64,000 nt of DNA from Octopus vulgaris (Eukaryota), in NCBI GenBank assembly GCA_951406725.2, contig OX597826.1:186001-250000 (forward strand), in the 5' to 3' direction. The notes beneath the pieces are model-generated. The model was not told the DNA's origin. It saw only the letters and a program-made list of their open reading frames with translations, and made no database searches. The stretch's first letter is position 1; each line of letters begins with the position of its first letter. Shown here piece by piece: positions 41,880 to 57,127 of this stretch. Both the position numbers and the translations under genes were made by a program.

Positions 41880-41960
41880 CCACCATCATTATCGATGGCG
41901 TCGTCATCGTCATCATAGCCATCGTCGTCGTCGTCGTTGTCGTTGTCGTCGTCATCGTCG

Positions 41961-41995
<35 letters not shown>

Positions 41996-42367
41996 GTCAT
42001 CACCATCATCATCATCATTATTATCATCATCGTCGTCATCATCATCATCAACATCATCATCATCAACATCATCATCATCGTCATCCTCCTCCTCCTCATC
42101 ATCATCATCATGGTCATCATCGTCATCCTCCTCCTCCTCCTCATCATCATCATCGTCATCGTCATCATCGTCATCCTCCTCCTCCTCCTCATCATCATCA
42201 TCATGGTCATCATCATCATCATCATCACCGTCACCATCATCACCATCATTATCATCATCACCATAATCATCACCATCATCATCATCATCATCATCAACAT
42301 TATCATCATCATCGTCATCATCATCATCATCATCATTATCGTCGTCACCATCATCATCATCATCATC

Positions 42368-42441
<74 letters not shown>

Positions 42442-42470
42442 TATCAACAACAACAACATCATTATCATCA
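41880..42470. repeat. (CAT)n-rich trinucleotide array
   Basis: Direct reading; poly-H/D/M/S ORFs are artefacts. Confidence 0.95.
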
Positions 42471-42789
42471 TCACTTCCTATTGCTCCTCCCCTACTCAGT
42501 GACCCGGCAGCCGAAAGCAAAAAAAAGGGGAAAAAAAAGAACAGCACTCCCTCCTCCTAAGTATATATATAATTGTTGTGATATTAGAGCAGTTAGGAGA
42601 TTTAAAAGATGAAATGACTTGGGTGGATGTGATTATCGACTTGAAAACAGGGGGTTAGCTAAACTGGGATTAAGTATTATTGATGTTGCTACTAGAGCTA
42701 TTGTTGTTGTTGTTGTTGTTGTTCTTGCTGCTGCTGCTTCTGCCGCTGCTGCTATCATTGCTTTGTAATTCTTTAGATGAGTGTGAATA

Positions 42790-43420
42790 TGCATGTAGTG
42801 CACGTGAGTGTGTATTGTGTGTATGTGTAGTGTGTAGTATACGTGTGTGTGTAGTGTGTAGTATACGTGTGTGTGTGTAGTATACGTGTGTATGTGTAGT
42901 ATACGTGTGTGTCGTGTGTAGTGTGTAGTATGTGTGTGTGTAATGTGTGTGTAGTGTGTGTGTATACTGTGTGTGTAGTGTGTGTGTAAAGTGTGTGTAG
43001 TGTGTGTGCGTGTAGTTTTTATTTGTGTAGTGTGTATGTAGTGTGTGTGTGCGTGCAGTGTGTAGTACACGTGTGTGTGTAAAGTGTGTGTATTTATGTA
43101 GTGTGTAGTGTGTATGTGTGTGTGTGTGTGCGTGCAGTGTGTAGTATACATGTGTGTGAGTGTGTAGCGTGTGTGTGTAGTGTGTGTGTAGTGTGTGCGT
43201 AGTGTGTGTGCGTGTGCAGTGTGTAGTATACCTATGTGTAGTACACGTGTGTGTGCGTAGTGTGTGTATGTAGTGTTTAGTATACGTGTGTGCGTGTAGT
43301 GTGTAGTATACGTATGTCTGTGTAGTCTGTGTGTGTAGTGTGTAGTATACGTGTGTGTGTGTTGTAAGTAGCATACGCGTGTGTGTGTGTATGTGTGTGT
43401 GTGTGTGTAGTGTGTACGCT
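42790..43420. repeat. Cryptic (GT)n/GTA low-complexity array
   Basis: Direct reading. Confidence 0.9.
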
Positions 43421-43599
43421 TGGCAGATTAGCAGAGTAATTAGCATCGACCAATTCCAAGTTAGTTTACCTTTTAGCAATAGCGAAGTGAATAAAAACCG
43501 TTACTCCCCTTTCTCCAGCTCTGCGTTCAAAACTCCTTTTCTCTCACATCAGTCAGTATATGTGCGTACTTGTGCGTTCGTTCGTGCGTGCGTGCATGC

Positions 43600-43630
<31 letters not shown>

Positions 43631-43637
43631 TGTACGT

Positions 43638-43744
43638 ATAGGTATGACTATGTGGTAAGAAGTTTGTTTTCCAACCATAGTTCCGGGTTCAGTTCCACCG
43701 CGTTGCACCTTGGGCAAGTGCCTTCAACTATAGCCTCAGGCCAA

Positions 43745-43775
<31 letters not shown>

Positions 43776-43837
43776 GTCATCATCATCATCACCATCATCA
43801 TCACCATCACCATCACCGTCGTCGTCGTCAACATCAA

Positions 43838-43873
<36 letters not shown>

Positions 43874-44170
43874 ATACATACACACAGACAAGTATGTTTG
43901 TGTGTTTGTCTTTGTGTTTGTCCCCCACCACCGTGTAACAACGGGTGTTGGTTTGTTTACGTCCTCGTAACATAGTGGTTCGGCGAAAAAGAGGCCGATA
44001 GAATCCCTTTGGGAAGCAATTGCGCTCTCGGTACGTGATGTTTTTTTTTTTTTGGTTTTTGTGACTTCAAAAAGATATGATCTGGTGGGGTCGATTTGTG
44101 GGACTAAAACGATTCAAAGCGCTGCTGCAACATGGCCGCAGCCTAATGACTGAAATAAGTAAACCATAAA
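43638..44170 (+). mobile_element. Degenerate SINE of the abundant family with internal (CAT)n
   Basis: gtggtaag...ccgggttcagttcc...ccttgggcaagtg head and gactgaaataagtaaa tail. Confidence 0.7.
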
Positions 44171-45066
44171 AGATCTCTCTCTCTCTCTCTCTTCCTTCCC
44201 CCACTTCTCTCTTTGTACGTATACTCAAGTGACCTATAGACTGTATCCCGTCCTCCCCCTCTTTGACTTCCTTCCCCCCCTATCTTACTCCCTTCCTTTT
44301 CCCCATCTCTCCCTCCCCTCACTCCTTCTCTGTTGGTGATCTGCTGGTTGTGGTTGTCGGTCTGTGATCAGAGGCATGACGACTAAATTGCTATATAATG
44401 TAACTAGATCTTAAATGAGAAAACGGAGTGGCATTTGAAGATTTGGCTGCTGTTTCAAGCTTGCTTAAGCGACCACTCGTTTACTGGCTCGCAATATTTG
44501 AATTTAGTTGTTGCCTTGATGAGAATATTCTACACATTCTTTTGAGTGAAACCTCTGAATTCTTTATTCAACGTGAGAAATATTTTAGATCTTATCTCAG
44601 AGCAATCCTTTCTATTGATGTCAGCAAGTCTCTTAGTACAGCTTACTTTGCTGAGTTTATTATAAAAATAGAGTGACGGAAGCAGTATTGATACAGAAAC
44701 GTAAAATATTCATCATTTAAAAGTTAGATCACACAAATATTTTAATACAATTTATTGTGATATTGTTATCAGATTTGTAAGGGTGACGCAATTGGTAACA
44801 CAATGAGCAGTTATTAATTTCGTCCATGACTGACCGAGTTCAAATCCTGCCAGTCAGCGTCGACGTTGCATTTTATCCCACCGTCAGTCTGCAGGAAATA
44901 TTTATAACCAGTTCAAGCTGCTTCAACATATGATCAGTGTGTCTGAAGGTACACATTAAATTATGTAATATAAATTCATACAGGGACGAGGGGGTTGCCA
45001 CCAACAAGGGTACACCAAAAAACCAAGTAAAGCAATGGGCAGAAACGACAAGTGGATTTTTTGCTT

Positions 45067-45141
<75 letters not shown>

Positions 45142-45989
45142 ATAAAAATGCTTGTGGATTTAGCGATAAATCATGGCGACTGGTTCAGAAAATTTTTACA
45201 GGAGAGGTAGGAAGAATGGGAAATGATAAGGTACTGATGAACCCAAAACGAAGATGCGCATGTGTAGGTGTATATGAGAGTGTGTGTGTGTGTGGATAGG
45301 GGATAGTGACTTTGACGTGTGGATATGTGCGTGTGTAGGTATGTGCGTCTGTAATGTATGGGCGTGTGGATGATGGTGTATAGTTGTGAAGATAATGGAG
45401 TGTGGTGTGGGTGCTGGGAAGTGGTCAGAGCTCGTGTGTGTGGAGTAGTGTGGGGTCGTGTGGAGTGGTGTGGTGGTGTGTGATGTGGGTGTGGGGATGT
45501 GGGGATGTGAGGTTTGGATGAGGATGTGGAAGTGGAGGTGTGGCGTTATGGCTGGGGTATGTGGTAGTGGGATGTGTGGGTATGTGTGGGTATGTGTGGG
45601 TATGTGTGGAGGAGGGATTTGGATGGGGGGGGCTTCAATGACGAGAGAAGACAGGTAAAAGTGAAGAGAGGAAATAGGTGTCAGAGCAAGAGAAGAGAGG
45701 AGAGGTGGGTAGGAGTGAAGAGAGGAGAGGAGGGGATTCAGATGAAGACTGGAGGGAGTTGAGCCCATATGGCGCAAAGGAGCGAAGAGAAAAGATTAAT
45801 TTCTGTATATATATAAAAACAATTGCAGTGTGGAAGGTGTTTATAAGCCATTTAAGAAACACATAAAATCCGTTAGATTCACTTCAACATTTAAATTTAG
45901 TTTGTCAAAATATTTTCGTCGCTTTGTGTGTGTATATATATATATATTTATATATATATATATATACGTATGTATGTATGTATGTATGT

Positions 45990-46046
<57 letters not shown>

Positions 46047-46099
46047 CATGTATATATAGACACACACACACATATATATACATACATATACACAGACAT

Positions 46100-46500
46100 G
46101 ATGATAATGATTGCTTCATCTTGACAGATGATAGCGGTCCCATCAACTCACACACCACACCTCCATTACATTGCACAGTCCCTCCGTTGATGAGCCCTCA
46201 GATGGCTTTTAAGATTCGCTGACTGACAGGTTTTAAAACGCAAGTGACGGATATTATTCAAGATACTTCCACACCTTTGCCCTTTGGAATCTGATTCTGA
46301 AGGAATGTTTTTGTGAACTAGCATATGTCTTTTAAGTCCAGATCTTGTCTTATAAGTTCTGTGACTTATGGCGCAAGTTGTAAGAGGCTGTTGGAGTTCA
46401 AGTTTATTACCTAGTTGATCATTTAGATTTTCATGTGACTTCATATGATTCACGAATCCTCCTTTTGATAATAGAACACGATCGTACACAAGACATATCC
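46100..46500 (-). mobile_element. RTE-like LINE 3' end with degenerate C2H2 zinc fingers
   Basis: RVLLSKGGFVNHMKSH...RSGLKRHMLVH...NLKSHLRAH with several Cys lost; (ATC)-type tail. Confidence 0.55.
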
Positions 46501-46574
46501 AATATTCATTGCTGATAGGGCGGCGAGCTGGCAGAATATTAGCACACCGGGCGAAATGTTTCGTGTTTTACCAG

Positions 46575-47443
46575 TAGGGGCGAAAATGAAAAAAATGTTT
46601 TTGTTCCCTACTCTGGAGCCCCAACACATAACTGGCTGTGTGAAAAACAACCCTCCTCTAATTGCAAGGCAGTAACTTCCAAAGTCTAATTTTTGACATC
46701 GCAAAAGACAAACGTATGGGAAACTCAAGTCGTTTGAATTCCAAGGGCATATTGGAAGGTATTAAAGGTAAGCGAGGAATGAAAAAAACCTCTTCACCAT
46801 TTCCACAGACAGAAATTATTGTTGCCTTTATGACATTTCTCGTTAGTTTCTTCACAAGTCTCATGCCATTGCACAGCTTCGGCTGAGAAAAGTTCTGCAG
46901 AAGTATGATTGGAAAGCCAATTTTCAATCGAAGGCAATAAAGAGGAGCTCCTTGTAGCCCAAGTGACTTAAAGAACTGAACTTGGTAATTGAGAATTTCC
47001 GAATCATCAACAACAGAGTTATAGATTTATAAGTATGTTCATTTCCTGATAAAACTTTCTCGGGTCTTTCATTTAAATTATTCACGGTAATATTCTCTGC
47101 TGCCGTGATTGCTCTTTCGCACGACCACTGTCAATGTCATACTATACTCGTCTAAGAAACGCTATTTGTATGTTTGTTTGTTGTAATAGTTCAGTTCAAT
47201 AAATTACAGTACGTTTACTTATCACCCTTAGACTGGTCATGTATTTGAGTACTGCGGTTGGAAAAGGGCCTCATAGCTCCCTTAGAGAGGCACCCAGAGA
47301 CTCGGGACCACTTCCATTGTCTTCGGCGTAAAATATTGCATAAGACTTATCTTTTAGTTTTAATATATATGCTGAATCCTTCGCCACTATAGCTGAACAG
47401 ACAGGCACACAAACACACAGACTTTTATTTTTATTATATAGAT
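46575..47443 (-). mobile_element. Internally deleted Helitron with PIF1 helicase fragment
   Basis: [24 protein letters not shown]...[29 protein letters not shown]; 5' end TCTATATAATAAAA near 47442. Confidence 0.8.
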
Positions 47444-48579
47444 ATATATACACACACGCGCGCCTTCATACACACGCACACATATTTATTTATTTTATTT
47501 ATTTCATTCATTTTACACCGGATTTACTTTTCTCGGGACTCGTTATTTCTGTCTCTAGATGACTCAAGATTGAACTGCCTCTCTTTCTCTTTATATGCAT
47601 TGAAATAGATTCATTTTTTCACCTATCTTTATATCATTGGTCGGTTCCCAGCATTAACTTGCTAGGTCGCTTTTTACATTATTTTTTCTTTTAGTCTTTT
47701 GTTTTTTCTTCTTCTGGTGGAGTACTGTCTAAGGTAATTTTGTTGGATGGTTTCTAAGTATTATTTTATGCTATTTTTCAGAGTATTGCCTATGGTTGTT
47801 GTATCACTTCGTTGTTTCTGCCGTGATTTCATGGGTAAGTTTGTAGTAATTTATCTCAACGCTATTGCGTAATTTTGTATTTTTCCGAATATCACGTTAC
47901 TATTCAGTGCATAGTTTATTGTCGATGTCAGAAAAATTGAGCATCAGAAATAGAAAGCTCACTCAACTTCACGCTCATATAACCTCAATATCTTGCTGAA
48001 AAGTCAAAGCCGCAATGATTCCACCACAGAAGGAAAATGAACAATAACAGTAGGTGTTTGACTTTCTGAGAGTCCTTTACTTCGCTTAGAACAGTGTAAA
48101 CAAGATTAGTACGACTTAGGTGGCATCGTGTGCTTCAGGACTTGTACTTGTGGCGGTATCTACTCGAGGTGGGTTGAACCGGTTCCAACCAACGAGTTCG
48201 GAGTTTCAGTAGGAATACAAGTTCATGTGTGGTCCCCGATCACATGCATAAACGCTTTCGAATAGTGTGATCCATAGCAGCTTATCTTGCCGTCGACTGT
48301 CGACCGTCGCAGGGGCTTCGCTGACCAAATCACCACCGATTATCGGAGTAAATGTGACCTGGGCTTGGAGCGGTTTCTCGAGACATGCTTTAACAAAAGC
48401 TAAGGGGTGTCTCCCTCCCAGTGGTCTTCCAGCTCACCAAACACCGACCCGGAATTTCTGAGGGTTCGTGCTATTACCTGATAGTCACTGAAATTACACC
48501 AGGTTCATCCGTCCTTTTGACAGCTTCAGAACCAGCTGTTCGTTGTGGTAGTGTGAAGCACTGATTCAAACGGTATATT

Positions 48580-48629
<50 letters not shown>

Positions 48630-48844
48630 AAAATTCAAAACAACAAATAAGAGTGTTTCCCATTCTTATTTGAATAATCCATATTTATTTGTGTGTCTGT
48701 TTTCTTGGTTTAAGAGCAAACAATTAATTTTGCTCGATCAATAGATATCAAAAGCCATGCATAAATCTACCGTTCTTACTAGGCCTGTGTTCAATCAAGA
48801 TTTACGTTGGAGTAAACAACGTTGGATAATGGTGTCTTCGAAAC

Positions 48845-48925
48845 GGGCATATGGTGTAGTGGTTAAAGAGCACGGGCTACTAACCCCAATAATCCGAGTT
48901 CGATTCCAACTAGTGACCTGAACAC
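48845..48925 (+). mobile_element. Short tRNA-derived SINE or tRNA pseudogene with (TAA)n tail
   Basis: A box tggtgtagtgg, B box gagttcgattcc; no acceptor-stem closure. Confidence 0.65.
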
Positions 48926-48971
<46 letters not shown>

Positions 48972-48989
48972 TAGGAAAAATTCCTTTTA

Positions 48990-49396
48990 TAGGTGTAGGA
49001 GTGGCTGTGTGGTAAGTAGCTTGCTTACGAACTACATGGTTCCGGGTTCAGTCCCACTGCGTGGCACTTTGGGCAAGTGTCTTCTACTATGGCTTCGGTC
49101 CAACCAAAGTCTTGAGTAGATTTGGTAGATGGAAACTGAAAAATAGCCCGTCGTATATATGTATATGTGTATGTGTGTGTATATGTTTGTGTGTCTCTGT
49201 TTGCCACCCCAACATCGCTTGACAACTGATGCTGGTGTGTTTACGTCCCCGTAACTTAGCGGTTCGGCAAAAGAGACCGATAGAATAAGTACTAGGCATA
49301 CAAAGAATAAGTCCTGGGGTCGACGTGCTCGACGAAAGGCGGTGCTCCAGCATAGCCGCAGTCAAATGACTGAAACAAGTAAAAGAGTAAAAGAGT
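48990..49396 (+). mobile_element. Full-length tRNA-derived SINE (abundant family)
   Basis: Same consensus as 33052-33430. Confidence 0.9.
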
Positions 49397-49669
49397 TAGG
49401 TTGAGTGGTCATAGATGGAATGCATTGATAATAAATATATTCAAAGCTGACGTGTGGTTAGACAACAGCAACAACAACGACATCAATAACAAGTTAAGTA
49501 ATGTGTTTCTGCCCAGAAATACAACGAAATGTATACACCGGACTGGAAATCGTGGCCACTGACTTTTCACCGAAAATCTAACAATTCTAGCTTGTTAAGA
49601 AAATATTGAGTTTAAATCTTTAGCACAAGGCCTGCAAGTTCTGAGTGAGAATTATGTATATATGTATGT

Positions 49670-49732
<63 letters not shown>

Positions 49733-50744
49733 TGAATATATATATATATATGTGTGTGTGTGTGTTAGGAGGCGCAATGGCCCAGTAGTTAGGATCGTAG
49801 GATCGCGGTTTCGATTCCCAGACCGGGCATTGTGAGTGTTTATTGAGCAAAAACACCTCAAGCTCTAGGAGGCTCCGGCAGGGGCTGGTGGTGAACCCTG
49901 CTGTACTCTTTCGCCACAACTTTCTCGCACTCTTTCTTCCTCTTTCTGTTGTACCTGAACTTCAGAGGACCAGCCTTGTCACACTCTGTGTCACGCTGAA
50001 TTTCCCCGAGAACTACGTTAAGGGTACACGTGTCTGTGAAATGCTCGGCCACTTGCACGTTAATAAATGAGTTGCAACATCACTGGTGCCAAGTTGTATC
50101 TGCCTTTTCCTTTTCCTTGGATAACATTGGTAGCATGGAGAGGGGAGGCCGGTATGTATGGGCGACTGCTGGTCTTCCATAAACAACTTTGCCCAGACTT
50201 GTGCTTCCGAGGGTAACTTTCTAGGTGCAATCCCATGGTCATTCAAGACCGAAGCGGGGTCACATATATAATTATAATGTATATAATTATATATGTATAA
50301 TTATATATGTATATATATAATATATATATGTATATATACACAATTATAATATAATTATATATGTATATAATTATATATGTATATATACTTATATAATTAT
50401 ATATGTATATATAATTATATATGCATATATAATTATATATGTATATATACACAATTAATTATATATAATTATATATGTATATATAATTATATATGTATAT
50501 AATTATATATGTATATATAATTATATATGTATATATACACAATTAGATTTTGGAAAATAAAACGAATGGCTTACATCTGGCAGTTTACTGGTAAAGCACT
50601 GTCACTTTCACAGTGATCGTTATGTATATGGCAAAGGAAGGACGAAAGATGGAATGTACGAGAATTTATTAATCATGATAATTGTTATGACACATCTAAC
50701 ATCGATCCCTCATGGGTGGGATACTCAAAAACTGGTTTAGGAGC

Positions 50745-50839
<95 letters not shown>

Positions 50840-50926
50840 CAGCAACGGAATGAATGAGACCTCGATATTATGTAAAATAGAGGAATTTATCTATAAGTAT
50901 AATATATAACAGTTAGTTGGCTGTCA

Positions 50927-50989
50927 TAATAAAACTCAGAGTTTCGGATACGGGGTCTGAAGTCTGCTCCGGCATCTCATCAGTTATTA
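50927..50989 (-). ncRNA. Type I hammerhead ribozyme motif (GUU site)
   Basis: taataa CTGATGA gatgccgg...cccgtatcc GAAAC tctga GTT ttatta. Confidence 0.7.
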
Positions 50990-51009
50990 AGACAAAACGT
51001 TTTCATTCG

Positions 51010-51400
51010 CAGTTCCTTCCTCAAAATTTGTAGGCAGGAGCTCCAGAAGACAGAAGTCATATCAGTTCGTTAATTCTTCGGTGACGTTTCTCCAAGATCA
51101 GCTCATGGATTTTCATATTTTCAATTATTCGGTAGGTCGATGGATGTCCTGAACAAGGTTGGACTTCAAGCGACAAGTGACCATTCCTAAAGCGTGGAAA
51201 TCACTCGTAAACTTGTGTTTTGCTCCTGACAAGTTCCTTGTAAGCTGTTTGAAGCGAAGTATGACAACGGTTTCAGCCGCCATTCGCCCCAGCAGAAAAC
51301 AGGATTTTACAGAAGCATGCTATTCCTTCGTTTCAGCTGTCGCAAAAGTAGACGAACAGGGGAGAAGCATTGCAAAACAAAGACGCAGCCCATGGAAGTA
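51010..51400 (-). mobile_element. Decayed mariner transposase N-terminal fragment (copy at about 60120-60510)
   Basis: HASVKSCFLLGRMAAETV resembles the mariner N-terminal HTH region. Confidence 0.55.
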
Positions 51401-52201
51401 CAAAATCACCCGACGACCTACCCGGCCGATCTTACCAAGTCGTGTTGCTCTGCTTCACTTTGTTCTATAATCCTATTGAGAAACATCAGAAAAGAATACT
51501 ATAATGAGATTAACTTTTATTATGTACTTATAATATTCCGCCGAGGTCGACGTTGCATTTCATTCTTTCGGGGTCGATAAAATAAGTACCAGGTGATTAC
51601 TGGGATTGATGCTATCGGTATATCGCTTTCCCTGATATTGCTGGCCTTGTGCCAAAATTTGAAGCCATTATATACATATAATATGTAAAGCGTCGGTCTT
51701 GAATGTGTACTTGTTACGTGAAGAGCTGTGTAATACTTGGCGCCTAGTGACAATGAGGGAGATATTGCGTCCAAGTGCTACACATAAAAAATGACAAAAG
51801 AGACTCTCTACACCCGCCTCAATATAAAGATCAAACATGAACTTTTTAATGTGAATAGGATATGAAAATCTGTACTGGTTTTTCATGTTGAAATGGCAGA
51901 TAAAAGCAGATGTTTGAGCCAGTGAAGAGTTTGTTATGAGAGTGGTTGCGCGTAGGATTGAGTATGGGGTGACGAACAAATTACCAGGTTTAATAGAATT
52001 CAGATATTTTTTCGTAAACTTGTCTAACTGCATGACGAAGAAAGGAGAATTGAATTAATGCAAACACTATCACGGCTTCTCACACTATATGCCCAAGTAC
52101 ACATCACGTGTGAAGACAGCTGGCGCGCACATCATTATCTAAAATTATTTACACATATACATATAAATAAATATAAATGCGTATGTACGTATACAATATA
52201 T

Positions 52202-52267
<66 letters not shown>

Positions 52268-52269
52268 GG

Positions 52270-52320
52270 AGCTTCTACAGGACTAGAACTGTTTCATTCA
52301 AGAGAAATCTTCAGGAAGCT
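52270..52320 (-). ncRNA. Minimal type I hammerhead ribozyme (mirror copy)
   Basis: Reverse complement of 58889-58939. Confidence 0.8.
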
Positions 52321-52944
52321 AGTTAACAAGAATTGTATTGGCATTTATACATTTAGGCAGGTTTAAAGGGGTGTTGGTGGGGGACTTTTGGGGGTAGGCA
52401 TAGCGCAAAATATCATACTTGGGGGAGTGGTCAAGGAGTCAGTGTTAAATTAGATAGAAGAATAAATAAAAAAAAAAAAAAAAATAAAAAAAAAAAAAAA
52501 AAAAAAATATATATATATAAAGAAAGGGGGAATAGAGTTTTAGGTAAATAAGGAGATTCTCACTTATACCTATGCACATATGTATACATATATACACACG
52601 CATACAAACATATATACATATACATACACACATACATACACACACATATATATATATACATATATATACACTTACACATACATATACATATCTACACATA
52701 CACATATATGTATACATACACACACTCACATGCATACACGTATACACACATGTATATATACACACACGACCACACATACATATACACACAGAAAAATATA
52801 TATACACATACACACACATACTCACATACACGCATACACACACAAATCCACACACACGCACACACAGCACACTAGTCCCTATATACACATATATACACAT
52901 ACACACATATATACACACACATACATATACATACATATATATAT

Positions 52945-53409
52945 CTGAAGCAACACGTATTTGTTCGTCTCCCTGTGGCCATTAGGCACAACTTCATAAG
53001 CCAGCCCCATACTCAATTCGTCCTGTCGAAAGACCCTTGTCCTACGTCCTGGTTTTGTTTTGTTGTTTATTTTTTATTTTTTATTTTTACCGTTATTGTT
53101 TTTACGTTTTTGTATTCTTATTGTTGTCACGTATTCTGTATTTTTGTTCGTGTACTTCGTTCGTTTTCCGTCCTCGTGTTGTATACATTCGAGGCTTTCT
53201 TCCAGGGGATCTGATGTACTTGGCTTAGATTTCCCTTGGCGGGCTGCCCATATCGGAGCAATCTCAAGATTAATCAGCCGAGGTTGCTAAGATGATCTGG
53301 TTCTTGACTGATGACTGAGGGCTTCGAATGTCCCGTCCTGTGGTTCTTGTGTCGTCTCTGTGGCGTTTCATGTTCTTGTCCATGTCTGTAATTATTTTTA
53401 CTGTTTACC
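52945..53409. mobile_element. Unclassified 465-bp insertion in a (TA)n tract of the left arm
   Basis: Absent from the mirrored arm (uninterrupted (TA)n at about 58248-58272). Confidence 0.75.
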
Positions 53410-54002
53410 TATATATATATATATATATATATACATATGTGTACCTATGCATACCTACACATACACACATATATATATATACACATACAAATACAGACCC
53501 ATTCCCTAATTTTAATTTTATTATCTTCGTTTATTACTTTTGTTATCTTTGGCCGCTTGGTCACAAACATCTTGGCTATGACAGCCAGTCCATTTATCTG
53601 TCTACTGGAAAACAAGCACTCATTCACTCACGCACACTCTTTAGCACGTACACTCACTCATTCGTACACTCATACACATACACGCACGCACGCGTTATAT
53701 TCATACATACATACATCTACATACATTCACGTATATACACATACGTACGCGTACCTACAGATTCATGTCTACACTCTTAGAAGGCTAGTCTATACATATA
53801 CACCAATAAATATAAATACACACACATACACGTACACCTACATACAAATACATACATGTATATATATATATACATATATGTTAATAAAATATATGCATAT
53901 ATATAAACATATATGTACGTACCTACCTCTACATGTACATATACACGCATATATGTGTACAGGACACCAAAAAGACGTCGAACACATAGAGAGACGAAAA
54001 AC

Positions 54003-54045
<43 letters not shown>

Positions 54046-54263
54046 CATATATATACACACATATACATACACATACATACACACACATATATACACATAT
54101 ACACACATATACACATATATACACACATACACATACATACATATACACACATACACATACATACGTATACATACATACATACATCCATACATCCATACAT
54201 ACATACATTTATACACATACACACACCCACATACATACATATATATACGCGCATATATATATC

Positions 54264-54295
<32 letters not shown>

Positions 54296-54683
54296 CATAT
54301 ATACATATATATTCATACACACACATACATATACATACATACATATACAAATATACGCACACACATACATACATACTCATATACTCATACACGCACATAC
54401 ACATGTACATGCGTACCCATACACACACACACACACGCGGGCATCCATATATACACATAAGTACACCCATGCGTAAAAGTATACATATATCTATGCTTAC
54501 ACATACACACACACACACGCGCCTCCTTATATTCATACTTACATGCATACTCAAAAAATAAGTAAATAGTAAAATATATATACGCGCAGTTATTCATACA
54601 TGCATACTCAAAAAATAAATAATAAATATTAAGTATATGTACGTGCAGTTACCTATTATATAGACGGATACATACATATAAAC

Positions 54684-54750
<67 letters not shown>

Positions 54751-54805
54751 CACATATATATACACATACACACATACATACATATATATATACACACACA
54801 CACAT

Positions 54806-54846
<41 letters not shown>

Positions 54847-55036
54847 CTTACACATGTACATATAAATACACACATAGATAACTCTACGTACCTACATATA
54901 CATAAACACACGAGCGTACGCGTATATGTACATATACACATACACATACACACGCATATATATATATACATACATACATACACACATGTATACACACACA
55001 CACACATACACATATATATACATACACATACATATA

Positions 55037-55123
<87 letters not shown>

Positions 55124-55263
55124 ACACATATATACATGTGTGCAAACATACATACATTCTCATACAAGCACACGCACTTACATTTACATATATACACACA
55201 CTTACACACATATATACATACACATGTACATACATACATACATACATACGTATATGCATACAT

Positions 55264-55318
<55 letters not shown>

Positions 55319-55401
55319 CATACATACACAAACACATACCCATACATATATATACACACATATATATACACATGCACATACTTATATCTCTACATACTCG
55401 C

Positions 55402-55452
<51 letters not shown>

Positions 55453-55733
55453 CACACACATACATATACCTATATACATGCATATATACACATACATATA
55501 TATACACATCTACAATTTGTATCTACACTCACATACCTGCACATACACATAACTCTACATACCTACATATACATATACATCGACATACTCGCGTACACTC
55601 ATATATATACACATATATACATATACACACACACATACATATACATATACATATACATATATATAAACATATACACACATAATACACATATACACACACA
55701 TACATATATGTATATATATATATACATATATAC

Positions 55734-55804
<71 letters not shown>

Positions 55805-56021
55805 CATACATACATACACATATACATACATGTACATATACACATACACACACATATATATACACACACATACATGGTGAAATTGATTAATAACTAATTA
55901 ACTTTACCCTCAATTGTTGATAATGTATGTGTTTGTATATATATGTGTGTGTATGTGTATATGTACATGTATGTATATGTGTATGTATGTATGTATGTAT
56001 ATATATATATATATGTATGTA

Positions 56022-56058
<37 letters not shown>

Positions 56059-56067
56059 GTATATATG

Positions 56068-56098
<31 letters not shown>

Positions 56099-56385
56099 AT
56101 ATGTGTATTATGTGTGTATATGTTTATATATATGTATATGTATATGTATATGTATGTGTGTGTGTATATGTATATATGTGTATATATATGAGTGTACGCG
56201 AGTATGTCGATGTATATGTATATGTAGGTATGTAGAGTTATGTGTATGTATATGTATATGTATATGTATATGTAGGTATGTAGAGTTATGTGTATGTGCA
56301 GGTATGTGAGTGTAGATACAAATTGTAGATGTGTATATATATGTATGTGTATATATGCATGTATATAGGTATATGTATGTGTGTG

Positions 56386-56444
<59 letters not shown>

Positions 56445-56533
56445 GCGAGTATGTAGAGATATAAGTATGTGCATGTGTATATATATGTGTGTATATATAT
56501 GTATGGGTATGTGTTTGTGTATGTATGTATGTA

Positions 56534-56570
<37 letters not shown>

Positions 56571-56744
56571 ATGTATGCATATACGTATGTATGTATGTAT
56601 GTACATGTGTATGTATATATGTGTGTAAGTGTGTGTATATATGTAAATGTAAGTGTGTGTGCTTGTATGAGAATGTATGTATGTTTGCACACATGTATAT
56701 ATGTGTGTGTATGTGTATGTGTATATATATATATGTGTATATAT

Positions 56745-56778
<34 letters not shown>

Positions 56779-56967
56779 ATGTGTATGTATATATATGTGT
56801 ATGTGTGTGTGTGTATATACATGTGTGTATGTGTATGTATGTATGTATGTATATATATGCGTGTGTATGTGTATGTGTATATGTACATATACGCGTACGC
56901 TCGTGTGCTTATGTATATGTAGGTACGTAGAGTTATCTATGTGTGTATTTATATGTACATGTGTAAG

Positions 56968-57006
<39 letters not shown>

Positions 57007-57071
57007 ATGTGTGTGTGTGTATATATATATGTATGTATGTGTGTATGTGTATATATATGTGTATATATATG

Positions 57072-57127
<56 letters not shown>

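Larger units (their letters stand above)
49765..52205 (+). repeat. Direct repeat A (SINE, HHR element, mariner relic, unique DNA)
   Basis: Near-identical to 59119-61315; identical ORF translations in the track. Confidence 0.95.

Noticed and set aside
45234-45255. CTGATGA...GAAG
   Set aside because: Core incomplete, no stems
45903-45925. Minus-strand gcgacGAAAATATTTTgac, a possible 3' half of an HHR
   Set aside because: The CUGANGA half is absent (truncated by microsatellite); cannot be supported from this window
46166-46489. Host C2H2 zinc-finger gene exon
   Set aside because: Zinc ligands degenerate and context resembles an RTE LINE 3' end
48845-48925. Functional tRNA gene
   Set aside because: No closing acceptor stem; ends in (TAA)n like a SINE
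53308-53340. CTGATGA...CGAAT as a hammerhead
   Set aside because: Lacks GAAA and a paired stem II base
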